Shown here one piece after another: positions 6,609-14,348 of a stretch of DNA of 34,891 bases. How positions within the stretch are numbered: the first letter of the stretch is position 1; each line of letters starts with the position of its first letter. Source of the DNA: Candidatus Eiseniibacteriota bacterium. Its GTDB lineage: Bacteria > Eisenbacteria > RBG-16-71-46. The notes under the pieces are model-generated. The model worked only from the letters and a program-made list of their open reading frames with translations. It did not search any database and was not told where the DNA came from. Where the stretch lies: positions 1-34,891 of the forward strand of contig JBEBGT010000001.1 in the NCBI GenBank assembly GCA_040081365.1. Direction: 5' to 3'. The translations under genes and the position numbers were made by a program.

Positions 6609-9143
6609 ATGCTGCGGCTCGTGACGTCGATCACGATCATTCTGTGCTTGTGCGCTGGTGTTGGCACCGCCGGTACGTGTCCGCCCGACACGCTGCAACT
6701 CGCGGCCATGGGCATTCCGAGCGGACCCGCCAGTCTGCTCGTGGGTACCGCGAGTGCAGGCGCGCTGAGTCATGACTATCCCGTGCTGCACGCGAGCTAC
6801 AGCCTGTCGGAACGGCGGGTCGCGGCCTCGGCCTCATTGCATGCGGCCTACAATTCGGGCGAGGGTCCGGCGCACGCGACGGTGGGCGCGCACGACGTGT
6901 ATACGCTGGTGGGTCCGGTCTCTCCGCTTGCGATCACGTTCACGGCCAGGCTCAAGCTCACCGCCTGGTGCGCCGGAGGCACCACCTATTCGTGCAATAG
7001 CAACGACCCCTGCACGATCCCGGCGGGCACGGTGAGCGTCCGGCTCACGGAAGGAGCTGCGAACTCGGCGGACTATGTCCGTGAAATCAATGGCCCCGAC
7101 ACCACGCAGATCGCCATCACGATCACGCGGCGAGCGGGACAGACATTCGATCTTGCGATCGCCTGTCAGGTCAACGCCGACTTCGCGGGCAATCCGTGGC
7201 TCGACGTGGGCTCGGACCGCGAGGCGAGCGTCATGGCGCAGCTCGAGTTCTCGGATCTTCCTGCCGGATACGAACTCATGTCCTGCCAGGGCAGCCAGAC
7301 GTGGGCGGATGTGCCCGTCTGCACGGCTCCTGGCGCTCAGGCCTGGCCGATCGTGGCCGGTGACGGGAACGGTGGGGCGTTCATCGCCTGGAGTGATCCG
7401 CGGGGCGTCGAGCCAGCGGTGTACCTGCAGCACCTGGATCGCGCCGGCCGTCCGGCGTGGGTGGCGCAGGGCATGGCGCTCGACGCGCGGTCGCCCGCAG
7501 AGACCAGCCTGTTGCCCGACGGTTCCGGTGGATTGTTCGTGGTGTGGCAAGAGATCGAGCCCACCGGATATTCGTCATGGGCGACTCGGCTCGGGCCCGA
7601 TGGCCTGGCGCGATGGGGAGACGGCCCGGTGCGGCTGTGCTCGAGTTCGCTCCCCAGCCCGCGCCCCACGCTGATCGATGACGGCGTCGGCGGCGCGATC
7701 GCCGTCTGGATGGACGCGCGGGGCATGAGCGGCAACACCGAGATCGACGTTTATGCGCAGCGCTTCGGCCCCATGGGCGGGCGATCGTGGCCCGAGAACG
7801 GCGTCGCGGTTGGCGTCGCGCCGGGGAACCAGATGTTCCCCTCCGCCGCTCCGGACGGCGTGGGTGGTGCCTATGTGATCTGGAGCGATGGCCGAAGTGG
7901 AGCCGGGTCACGTGCTTTCGCCCAGCACGTCGCGGCGAACGGCGACCGGCTGTGGGGTGAGTCCGGCATGGAGGTCTCGAGCATTCCCTCCACCCATCGC
8001 GGTCCAGCCGTGGTGACGGGCCCGAGCGGTGAAGCGATCGTCGTGTGGTTGGACAGCCGCTCCGCGGATGGTGGGCCGGGAGTCTATGCCCAACGATTCA
8101 GCATGGCGGGGCTCGCGCGCTGGGCGGCGAACGGACAGCGGATCGGCGGTGGCGACACGGAGCCGCGGGTGATACCCGATGGCTACGGTGGCGCGATCGT
8201 GTGCTGGGGCAACACGCCACGGTTGCAGCGCGTCTCGCCCGCCGGCACTCCGCTGTGGGGGGCGGAGGGAGTGAGTCCGTTCGCGAACATGTACTCGTGG
8301 GGTTACGAGCTGGCCTCCGATGGTGCCGGTGGCGTGTTCGTGGTTCCCGCTGAACCGATGCCAGTGCCCGCCGACCTCATCGGTCAGCATGTCGATGCCC
8401 TCGGTGTCCCACACTGGGAAGGAGCCGGAGTCCTGCTCAACAGCGCGCCGAGCCACGTGCGATCCGCGCGGGTGGCCGCCGACGGGCGGGGCGGAGTCAT
8501 CGTCGTGTGGTTGGACGAGCGCGGTGTGGGTGGTGACGACCTCTACGCGCTGCGGTTGCCACTCGTCCCCACGGGCATCGGAGGCCCGGTGCCGACTCTC
8601 GTCGACCTGTTCCACCTCGAAGACACCGCCGCGGGCGTCGTGGTCCGATGGAGTCTCTCCGATGAGGATGCGGCGGATGGCATCCGTCCGGAGCGCGGCA
8701 CTGGCGAAGCGGGCGAGTGGCGCGCGGTCCATGGCACACCCCGCGTGCAGGGGCGCGTGCGTGAACTGGTCGACATCGAGGCAGCCGCGGGCGTGACGAA
8801 CTGGTACCGATTGGCCGGCATCCTGCCGAACGGCCAGCGCGTGTCCGAGGCACCGCTCAGCATCGTGCCGCGGGGAGCGAGTACGTTCGCGCTGGAGCCA
8901 CCGGGACCCAATCCGGCCGATCGCACGACGCGCGTGGTGTACTCGCTGCCCCGGGCCGGGCACGTGCACCTGAGCATCTTGGACATCCAAGGCCGCGAGC
9001 TCGCCCGGCTCACGGACGCGGATCGCGCGGCGGGGCAACATGTCGCCACACTCACGGTGAATGACTTGAGCGCGGGGCTCTACTTCCTGCGCCTGGCGGG
9101 CCTGGGAGAGGAACGAACACGTCGAGTGCTCGTGATGAGATGA
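6609..9143 (+). CDS. Large secreted beta-propeller-like repeat protein with C-terminal FlgD-Ig/T9SS-like sorting domain
   Basis: GGAGGGAAC precedes ATG 6609. Signal/lipobox-like ITIILCLCAGVG. There are about eight ~53-aa repeats of DG.GG(A/V).(V/I).W.D.R...(V/I)YAQR....G...W...G. The C-terminal tail LEPPGPNPADRTTRVVYSLPRAGHVHLSILDIQGREL...GLYFLRLAG...VLVMR is the same type as in 1746..3089 and 29556..32369. Confidence 0.85.
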   Translation: MLRLVTSITIILCLCAGVGTAGTCPPDTLQLAAMGIPSGPASLLVGTASAGALSHDYPVLHASYSLSERRVAASASLHAAYNSGEGPAHATVGAHDVYTLVGPVSPLAITFTARLKLTAWCAGGTTYSCNSNDPCTIPAGTVSVRLTEGAANSADYVREINGPDTTQIAITITRRAGQTFDLAIACQVNADFAGNPWLDVGSDREASVMAQLEFSDLPAGYELMSCQGSQTWADVPVCTAPGAQAWPIVAGDGNGGAFIAWSDPRGVEPAVYLQHLDRAGRPAWVAQGMALDARSPAETSLLPDGSGGLFVVWQEIEPTGYSSWATRLGPDGLARWGDGPVRLCSSSLPSPRPTLIDDGVGGAIAVWMDARGMSGNTEIDVYAQRFGPMGGRSWPENGVAVGVAPGNQMFPSAAPDGVGGAYVIWSDGRSGAGSRAFAQHVAANGDRLWGESGMEVSSIPSTHRGPAVVTGPSGEAIVVWLDSRSADGGPGVYAQRFSMAGLARWAANGQRIGGGDTEPRVIPDGYGGAIVCWGNTPRLQRVSPAGTPLWGAEGVSPFANMYSWGYELASDGAGGVFVVPAEPMPVPADLIGQHVDALGVPHWEGAGVLLNSAPSHVRSARVAADGRGGVIVVWLDERGVGGDDLYALRLPLVPTGIGGPVPTLVDLFHLEDTAAGVVVRWSLSDEDAADGIRPERGTGEAGEWRAVHGTPRVQGRVRELVDIEAAAGVTNWYRLAGILPNGQRVSEAPLSIVPRGASTFALEPPGPNPADRTTRVVYSLPRAGHVHLSILDIQGRELARLTDADRAAGQHVATLTVNDLSAGLYFLRLAGLGEERTRRVLVMR
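7347..8558 (+). repeat. In-frame array of ~8 degenerate ~160-nt (53-aa) blade-like repeats inside CDS 6609..9143
   Basis: DG.GG cores at GDGNGGAFIAW, PDGSGGLFVVW, DDGVGGAIAVW, PDGVGGAYVIW, GPSGEAIVVW, PDGYGGAIVCW, SDGAGGVFVV and ADGRGGVIVVW. Confidence 0.7.
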
Positions 9144-9201
9144 GCTCCCGTCGGCGATCTTGGCTCGCCGTCGACATCGAGCGCTCGGCCATCGTACCGG
9201 G

Positions 9202-9225
9202 GGCCACGCACTCCCCCGCGTGGCC
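9202..9225. terminator. GC-rich hairpin between convergent genes (possible bidirectional terminator)
   Basis: GGCCACGC-ACTCCCCC-GCGTGGCC, an 8-bp perfect stem, lies between the stop at 9143 (+) and the stop at 9337 (-). There is no U-tract, so the function is inferred only. Confidence 0.25.
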
Positions 9226-9336
9226 AGCCTCCTGCGGTGGCGCCTCGCGGGCTTGTCCACGCACACCGTCGGTCCGCAAAGACACGACCCGGGACCGTGA
9301 GGCCCCGGGCCGTGCCGAACGCTTGTGCGTCGACGG

Positions 9337-10920
9337 CTACAGCTTGTACGCCTCGATCATGTTGTCGCCTTCGCGGAAGTAGAGCATCGACTCGATCTCG
9401 TCGACCTCGTACTCCGGGTTCTTCTCGTTCAGCTGCACGCTCGAGATGATCTTGCCCGTCATGCGGTCCACGCGCACGATGCCCGCCTTCTTCTTGCCGC
9501 CATCCTCGACCGTGGTGAGGATGTAGAGCGAGTTCTTGGCCAGCGTCGAGGCGTGGAAGCGCTTGCCGAGCGACGAGTTTCCGACCACGTAGTAACTCTG
9601 GTCGTCGCCGGTGCGCTGCGCGCGGTCGTAGGCCGAGCCCGCGGCAGCGGCGTTGACCGCGGTCGTCAGCACCGTCATCCCCAGCTTGGCCCAACCGCTC
9701 GTGCTGGGCGCTTCGTAGTACGCCCGCATGAGCTCCTTGCCCGTGCCGTCGAGCTTGAGGATCGTCTGGTGGGAGGTCAGCAGGAAGCCGCCCTCATCCA
9801 GCAGCTCCAGGTCGCTGGGCACCTCGTGTTCCTTGAACTTGAACTTGGCGAGGATGTTGTCGGTGCCGCTGGCGAGGCTGACCTGGTGCATCTCGCCGTC
9901 TGCGCAGATGTACAGGTGGTCGCCTTTCATGTCGAAGCTGGTGGCGTCCTCGAGGTCCTTGAACGGCTTGGGCCACACCGACTCGCCGGTCTTGGGGGAA
10001 AGGCAATCGATGAACGGCTTGCCGGCGGGCTTGCCATCTTCCTTCAGGAACGGCGTGCCGCGCACGACGAGCCCGGCGTCGGCCATGGCCATCTGCACCG
10101 GGCGGCCGCGGAAGTCCTTCTCCTTCGCCCACAGCAGTGCGCCGGTCTTGCCGTCGATCGCCTGCAGGCTCTTCTCGTAGGGCACGAAGATGACGCCGTC
10201 GCGCGCCCACATGGGCACGAACCCGTCGTTCACGCCGGCCGGGGTCTTGCCCTTGAGGCCCGAGCACACCCACTTCTTGGCACCGGTCGTGAGGTCGATG
10301 CAGGTGGGGCCGTCCTCGGTGACCCACACCACCATGCTGTTCTCGTCCGGGAACGCCGGCGGCTGGTTGCCGGCGATCGACTGGCGCTTGAACACCTTGC
10401 CGCTGCCCTTCACCGTGTAAAGGTGCAGGGGCTTGTCGAAGAGTTTGTCCTGCTGCCACTTGATCTCACCCGTCTCGGTGTCGAGGCCGACGACGATCGG
10501 CTTCATGCCGGCGTGGATGGCGCCGAACACCACGAGCATGCGCTTCGCTGCCACCTGGAACTGGCCTGAGCTGTTCTTGAACGGCAGCTTGGAGCTGTCC
10601 CACTTGGTCTTGCCCGTCTCGAGGTCGATGACCTCGAACTGCTTGCCATCCAGCAGCCCGTAGGGCGTGTTGGCGATCTCGTCGTAGTTGCACTCCTTGA
10701 AGCCCTTGAGGTCGGCGCGCTCCCACAACGCCTTGCCCGAGGCCTGATCGAGTGCGGTGAGGCCCTTGGCGTGGCTCACGAGCAAGGAGCCGAGCGGTGT
10801 GATGCGCTGGAACTGGATATCGCCGCCCGTGAACGTCCAGGCAGGCGTGGCGGCGTGAGTGGCCGCAGCGAACACCGTGAGGGTCGCCGCGCAGAGCGCG
10901 GCACGGAGTGCGTGCTTCAT
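9337..10920 (-). CDS. PQQ-like/BamB-like beta-propeller repeat protein, secreted
   Basis: ATG at 10920 is preceded by AGGGAGA on the minus strand. Signal peptide MKHALRAALCAATLTVFAAATHA. Recurrent ...D..TGK..W... blades (LDQASGKALWE, IDLETGKTKWD, LDTETGEIKWQ, IDLTTGAKKWV, IDGKTGALLWA, LSPKTGESVWP). The 118 codons upstream in ORF 9337..11274 look non-coding. Confidence 0.85.
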   Translation of the reverse strand: MKHALRAALCAATLTVFAAATHAATPAWTFTGGDIQFQRITPLGSLLVSHAKGLTALDQASGKALWERADLKGFKECNYDEIANTPYGLLDGKQFEVIDLETGKTKWDSSKLPFKNSSGQFQVAAKRMLVVFGAIHAGMKPIVVGLDTETGEIKWQQDKLFDKPLHLYTVKGSGKVFKRQSIAGNQPPAFPDENSMVVWVTEDGPTCIDLTTGAKKWVCSGLKGKTPAGVNDGFVPMWARDGVIFVPYEKSLQAIDGKTGALLWAKEKDFRGRPVQMAMADAGLVVRGTPFLKEDGKPAGKPFIDCLSPKTGESVWPKPFKDLEDATSFDMKGDHLYICADGEMHQVSLASGTDNILAKFKFKEHEVPSDLELLDEGGFLLTSHQTILKLDGTGKELMRAYYEAPSTSGWAKLGMTVLTTAVNAAAAGSAYDRAQRTGDDQSYYVVGNSSLGKRFHASTLAKNSLYILTTVEDGGKKKAGIVRVDRMTGKIISSVQLNEKNPEYEVDEIESMLYFREGDNMIEAYKL

Positions 10921-10953
10921 GTCGGGTGAATCTCCCTGTGAAGTGTGGGGTGA

Positions 10954-10973
10954 CGCCCGGATCCATCCGGGCG
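10954..10973. promoter_or_regulatory. Near-perfect palindrome in the 5' leader of the PQQ-like gene (hairpin or operator)
   Basis: CGCCCGGA-TCCA-TCCGGGCG lies 34-53 nt upstream of the start codon at 10920. The structure is seen directly. The function is inferred. Confidence 0.2.
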
Positions 10974-11376
10974 GGGTGAGCTGAGGATGCATTCGCAGAG
11001 TAGCGGGAACACGCTGGTCTGTCGCGCCGGTGCCGGAATCGCCAGCGCCGTGGGGGCGTTGCGCAGCAGCGAGTTGCGACAGGTCTGAAGCCGGGTGGGG
11101 ACGCGTGGTCGAAGCGTCAGGCGTGCCCAAGCGCGAGCCATCCTCGCGCCGAGGTGAGCTGCGGGGCATCCGCCGCACGGCGGTTCGGTCACCATCGGCC
11201 AGGACCGGCCGCTCGACGACTCGGCCGCCGGGGTCGGTCGCCACTTCCCATGCCTTGCGGCACGGACTGCTCATGGATTCGGATCGCGCAGCGAGTCGCC
11301 CGCCGCCATCGGCGTGCCACCAGCGTGCGCGAACTTCACGCCGAGCACGGTCCCGGAGGCGTGACGGCTGCGCGAT

Positions 11377-12606
11377 CTATCCGAAGAACAGGTAGCTGAC
11401 CCCGATTGCCGCCAGCACGCCCACCATCTCGGCGGCCAGCGCGCAGGCCAGCGCATGTCGTGTCTTCTTGACGCCCACCGAGCCGAAGTACACCGCCAGC
11501 ACGTAGAACGTGGTCTCGGTGCTGCCCTGGATCACGCACGACAGCCGGCCCGCGAACGAGTCCGCGCCCATGGCTTTCATGGTCTCGACCATCATGCCGC
11601 GCGCACCGCCGCCCGAGAACGGCTTGATGAGTGCGGTGGGCAGGGCATCGACCCAGCGCGTGTCGAACGCCATCTGTCCCACGCCCGAACGGATGGCGCT
11701 CAACAGGGCGTCGAGCGCGCCGCTGGCCCGGAGCGCGCCCACGGCCACCAGGATGGCCACCAGATAGGGCACGATGCCGATGGCCACCTGGAAGCCTTCT
11801 TTGGCGCCCTCGATGAACGTTTCGTACAGCGGGATCTTCTTGATCGCACCCGAGATGAGGAAAGAGCTGATGAGCGTGATCAGGATGACGTTGGCCAGGA
11901 TGCCGGACTGCTGTGCCACGGCCGCGGCGTCGAGCTGCGAGAAATGCCACACCAGGCCGGCCATCACGGCCGTGAGCGCGCCGATCCAGCCCAGCACCAC
12001 GCCATTGAAGATGTTGATCTTCTGGATCATGGCCACCAGCAGCAGTCCGAACAGGTCGCTGATGTAGGTGGCGATCAGGATGGGGACGAACACGTCGGCC
12101 GGGTTCGCCGCGCCGAGCTGGGCGCGGAACGTCATGATCGAGATGGGCACCAGCGTCACGGACGACGCGTTCATGACCATGAACAGCACCATCTCGTTAC
12201 TCGCGGTGTCCGGCGTGGGGTTGAGGCTCTGCAGCTCCTTCATGGCCTTCAACCCGAGCGGCGTGGCGGCGTTGTCGAGTCCCAGCATGTTGGCCGAGCG
12301 GTTCATGACGATCGCGCCGCTCGCTGGGTGGCCCTTGGGGATGCCCGGGAACAATCGCGCGAACAGCGGCCCCACGATGCGCGCGATGAGCTCGGTGACC
12401 CCGCCCTTCTCGGCGATCTTCATGAGCCCGAGCCACAGCGTCATGATGCCGGTGAGACCGATGGCGATCTCGAAGCCGGTCTTGGACGAATCGAACAGAG
12501 CCGTGACCACGGCCTGCAGTGCGTCGGGCTTGCCGCCCACCGTGGCGGCAAGGATCGCGGCGACGAACGCGATCAAGAACATGGCGGCCCAGATCCAGTT
12601 GAGCAT
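11377..12606 (-). CDS. Nucleoside-recognition (Gate) domain membrane protein, fused SpmA/SpmB-like
   Basis: Full ORF with ATG start. Polytopic hydrophobic protein. N-terminal half MLNWIWAAMFLIAF...GFEIAIGLTGIMTLWLGLMKIAEKGG and C-terminal half ...PLYETFIEGAKEGFQVAIGIVPYLVAILVAVG...STETTFYVLAVYFG match the SpmA and SpmB signatures. Confidence 0.85.
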   Translation of the reverse strand: MLNWIWAAMFLIAFVAAILAATVGGKPDALQAVVTALFDSSKTGFEIAIGLTGIMTLWLGLMKIAEKGGVTELIARIVGPLFARLFPGIPKGHPASGAIVMNRSANMLGLDNAATPLGLKAMKELQSLNPTPDTASNEMVLFMVMNASSVTLVPISIMTFRAQLGAANPADVFVPILIATYISDLFGLLLVAMIQKINIFNGVVLGWIGALTAVMAGLVWHFSQLDAAAVAQQSGILANVILITLISSFLISGAIKKIPLYETFIEGAKEGFQVAIGIVPYLVAILVAVGALRASGALDALLSAIRSGVGQMAFDTRWVDALPTALIKPFSGGGARGMMVETMKAMGADSFAGRLSCVIQGSTETTFYVLAVYFGSVGVKKTRHALACALAAEMVGVLAAIGVSYLFFG

Positions 12607-12709
12607 GACTCGTAAGATGAGTGCGCGCGACGCGGGACGTCAAGCTGGAATCGCCGGAGAGGTCGGGTGGCGTGCCGCGGTCAGCGAGCGGAGCCGATCG
12701 GCGATCGGC

Positions 12710-13501
12710 TCACGCGGGGACGTGCGCGGGCGTGCGCGATGCGGCCTCGAGCCACGACGCGGGCAGCGCCGACCGGCACGTCGCCAACGTGTCGGCATCG
12801 AGCGCGACCGGCCCGTGGAACACCACCTGTTCGAGCCCGCGTGCCGCCTGCAGCGTGGGACACCATGCGAACACGGTCCACGACAGCAACGCGCCCGTGA
12901 GGTCGGCGCCCGTGAGATCGGTGCCGTGCAGCAGTGCGCGGCCCAGGTCGCAGCCACGCAGGTCGGCATCGGCGAGATCGGCACCCATGAGGTTCGCGCC
13001 GGCGAACGTGGCGCCGCGCATGCGAGCACCGCGTGCGACGAGGTCGCGCAGGTTCGCCTGCGTGAAGTCCGCGCCCTCGGCGTTCGCATTCACCAGCTTG
13101 GCCGCGGTGAGATCGGCCTTCTCGAAGCGCGCGTCGCGCAGGTCGGCCTCCGAGAGGTCGATCCAGATGAGTGAAGCGCGCCCGAACTCGCCGCGCCGAA
13201 GGTCTGCTCCATGCATGCGTGCGGCCAGTAACCGGGCGAACGAGGCATCCGCGCCGGCCAGGCTCGCACCCGCGCCGTCGCAGGCGTTCATGGTCAGGTC
13301 CACGAGCGACGCGGCGTCGAACCGCGCGCCGGTCACATCCGCATTGCACAGGTCGGTGCCACGCAGGACCGCGCCCTGGAGGTCGGCCTGGGGGAGTGCT
13401 GCGAACATCAGGTTCACCCCGGCGAGCGGGGCCTTGGCGAGCGGCCCGTCCGGGGTGGTGTGCAGCACGGCACCCGTGTGGCGATGGCGGATCTCCGGCA
13501 T
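12710..13501 (-). CDS. Pentapeptide-repeat protein
   Basis: ATG 13501 is preceded by AGGAGA. There are long runs of A(D/N)L..-type pentapeptides (ADLQGAVLRGTDLCNADVTGARFDAASL..., ADLRDARFEKADLTAAKLVNANAEGADFTQANLRDL..., ANLMGADLADADLRGCDLGRALLHGTDLTGADLTGALL). The upstream 241 codons of ORF 12710..14224 are Arg/Ala-rich off-frame-type sequence. Confidence 0.85.
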   Translation of the reverse strand: MPEIRHRHTGAVLHTTPDGPLAKAPLAGVNLMFAALPQADLQGAVLRGTDLCNADVTGARFDAASLVDLTMNACDGAGASLAGADASFARLLAARMHGADLRRGEFGRASLIWIDLSEADLRDARFEKADLTAAKLVNANAEGADFTQANLRDLVARGARMRGATFAGANLMGADLADADLRGCDLGRALLHGTDLTGADLTGALLSWTVFAWCPTLQAARGLEQVVFHGPVALDADTLATCRSALPASWLEAASRTPAHVPA

Positions 13502-13622
13502 GGCGGGTCTCCTGGCAGGATGGGGAACCAATTCCCGAGGCCCGGTATTGTAATGGGTGAGCCGCCATCCGGGGAGGCCCGAAGAGCACCCGGAGCATGA
13601 CACCCCATACCCGGAGAGTGCG

Positions 13623-13886
13623 TTGAGCGACATCGACTTCCGATCCTGTGCGCAGGTGTTCGCGCGGCTCGACGATTGGGTCGACCGGGAGCTCGCTCCT
13701 GACGACCTGGTGCAGATCGAGCGGCACCTCGAGATCTGCGCGATGTGCGCCTCGGAGTTCCGCGTCGAGGGGCAGCTCCTGCACACGTTACGGGGCACGC
13801 TGCGCCGCATCCAGATGCCCGACGGCCTGGAGGCGCGCGTGTGGAAGAAGTTGCAGCGCGAGCTGCCGGAGCCGGACGAGCCGTAG
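13623..13886 (+). CDS. Zinc-binding anti-sigma factor (ZAS, zf-HC2; RsrA-like) with no adjacent sigma factor gene
   Basis: Complete ZAS signature C-x25-H-x3-C-x2-C (FRSC...IERHLEICAMC). The likely start is TTG 13623, 4 nt after GGAGAG. The ORF could alternatively start at GTG 13557. Confidence 0.7.
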   Translation: MSDIDFRSCAQVFARLDDWVDRELAPDDLVQIERHLEICAMCASEFRVEGQLLHTLRGTLRRIQMPDGLEARVWKKLQRELPEPDEP

Positions 13887-14162
13887 CGCGACATCGCGAT
13901 CGCACGCCGCCGGGCGAACACCGCTCGGTGGCGTTCTCGTTTCGTGGGCAGCCACGCGCGCGACGGCGAGGCGGCGGGAACTTCCTCGCGGTGAGCCGCA
14001 TTACAAGCCGTACACGCGGCACGAAGGGCTCTCGAACGAACACACCCCTTGGTGACCGGAGCCGGAACGCCGCGCGCAAGCGGACGGCCGGGCATCGCGG
14101 CGGCGGAAGGCCAGCTGCGGTGTACCGGCGGATCCGCGGGACTTCTCGCCCAGGAGGCCGTC

Positions 14163-14348
14163 ATGACTCCCGTGGTCTCATTGCCCGCGTCACGCGCGGC
14201 CGCAGCCGAACCGCGTTGTTCCACATGGGGCCCCGCGTTCGTGCCGCCGTGTCGCTGTGGCGGTCGCTGCCGCTGTGGTGGCCTGGTGCCCGTGCTCCTG
14301 CTCGAGAGCCTCGAGCGCGAGTGCGAGTTCTACCGTCACGAGCTGTGA
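14163..14348 (+). CDS. Small (61-aa) cysteine-rich hypothetical protein, translationally coupled to the MIP channel
   Basis: ATG 14163 has a perfect AGGAGG with a 5-nt spacer. Its stop TGA (14346-14348) overlaps the GTG start (14345) of the aquaporin as GTGA. Six Cys, including the duplicated CRCGG-R-CRCGG. The 3' half has near-uniform G/C third positions in this frame. The 5' half is less codon-biased. Confidence 0.45.
   Translation: MTPVVSLPASRAAAAEPRCSTWGPAFVPPCRCGGRCRCGGLVPVLLLESLERECEFYRHEL

Noticed and set aside
10921-11274. N-terminal extensions of the listed ORFs. Examples: 9337..11274, 12710..14224, 13745..15154, 17590..19401, 20530..23379, 22928..25444, 28765..29541, 3218..4288.
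   Set aside because: In each case an internal start with a GGAGG-like SD and/or a signal peptide or family-typical N-terminus exists. The upstream extension is low-complexity, Arg-rich sequence that overlaps neighbouring genes.
13524-13554. Putative promoter in the pentapeptide/ZAS divergent spacer. GGAAC-N17-TATTGTAAT forms an AT-richer island, and ECF-type GGAAC boxes occur at ~13976 and ~14068.
   Set aside because: The -10 elements do not fit the ECF consensus (CGT-type), and the sigma70-type -35 is poor. This cannot be supported without transcription start data.
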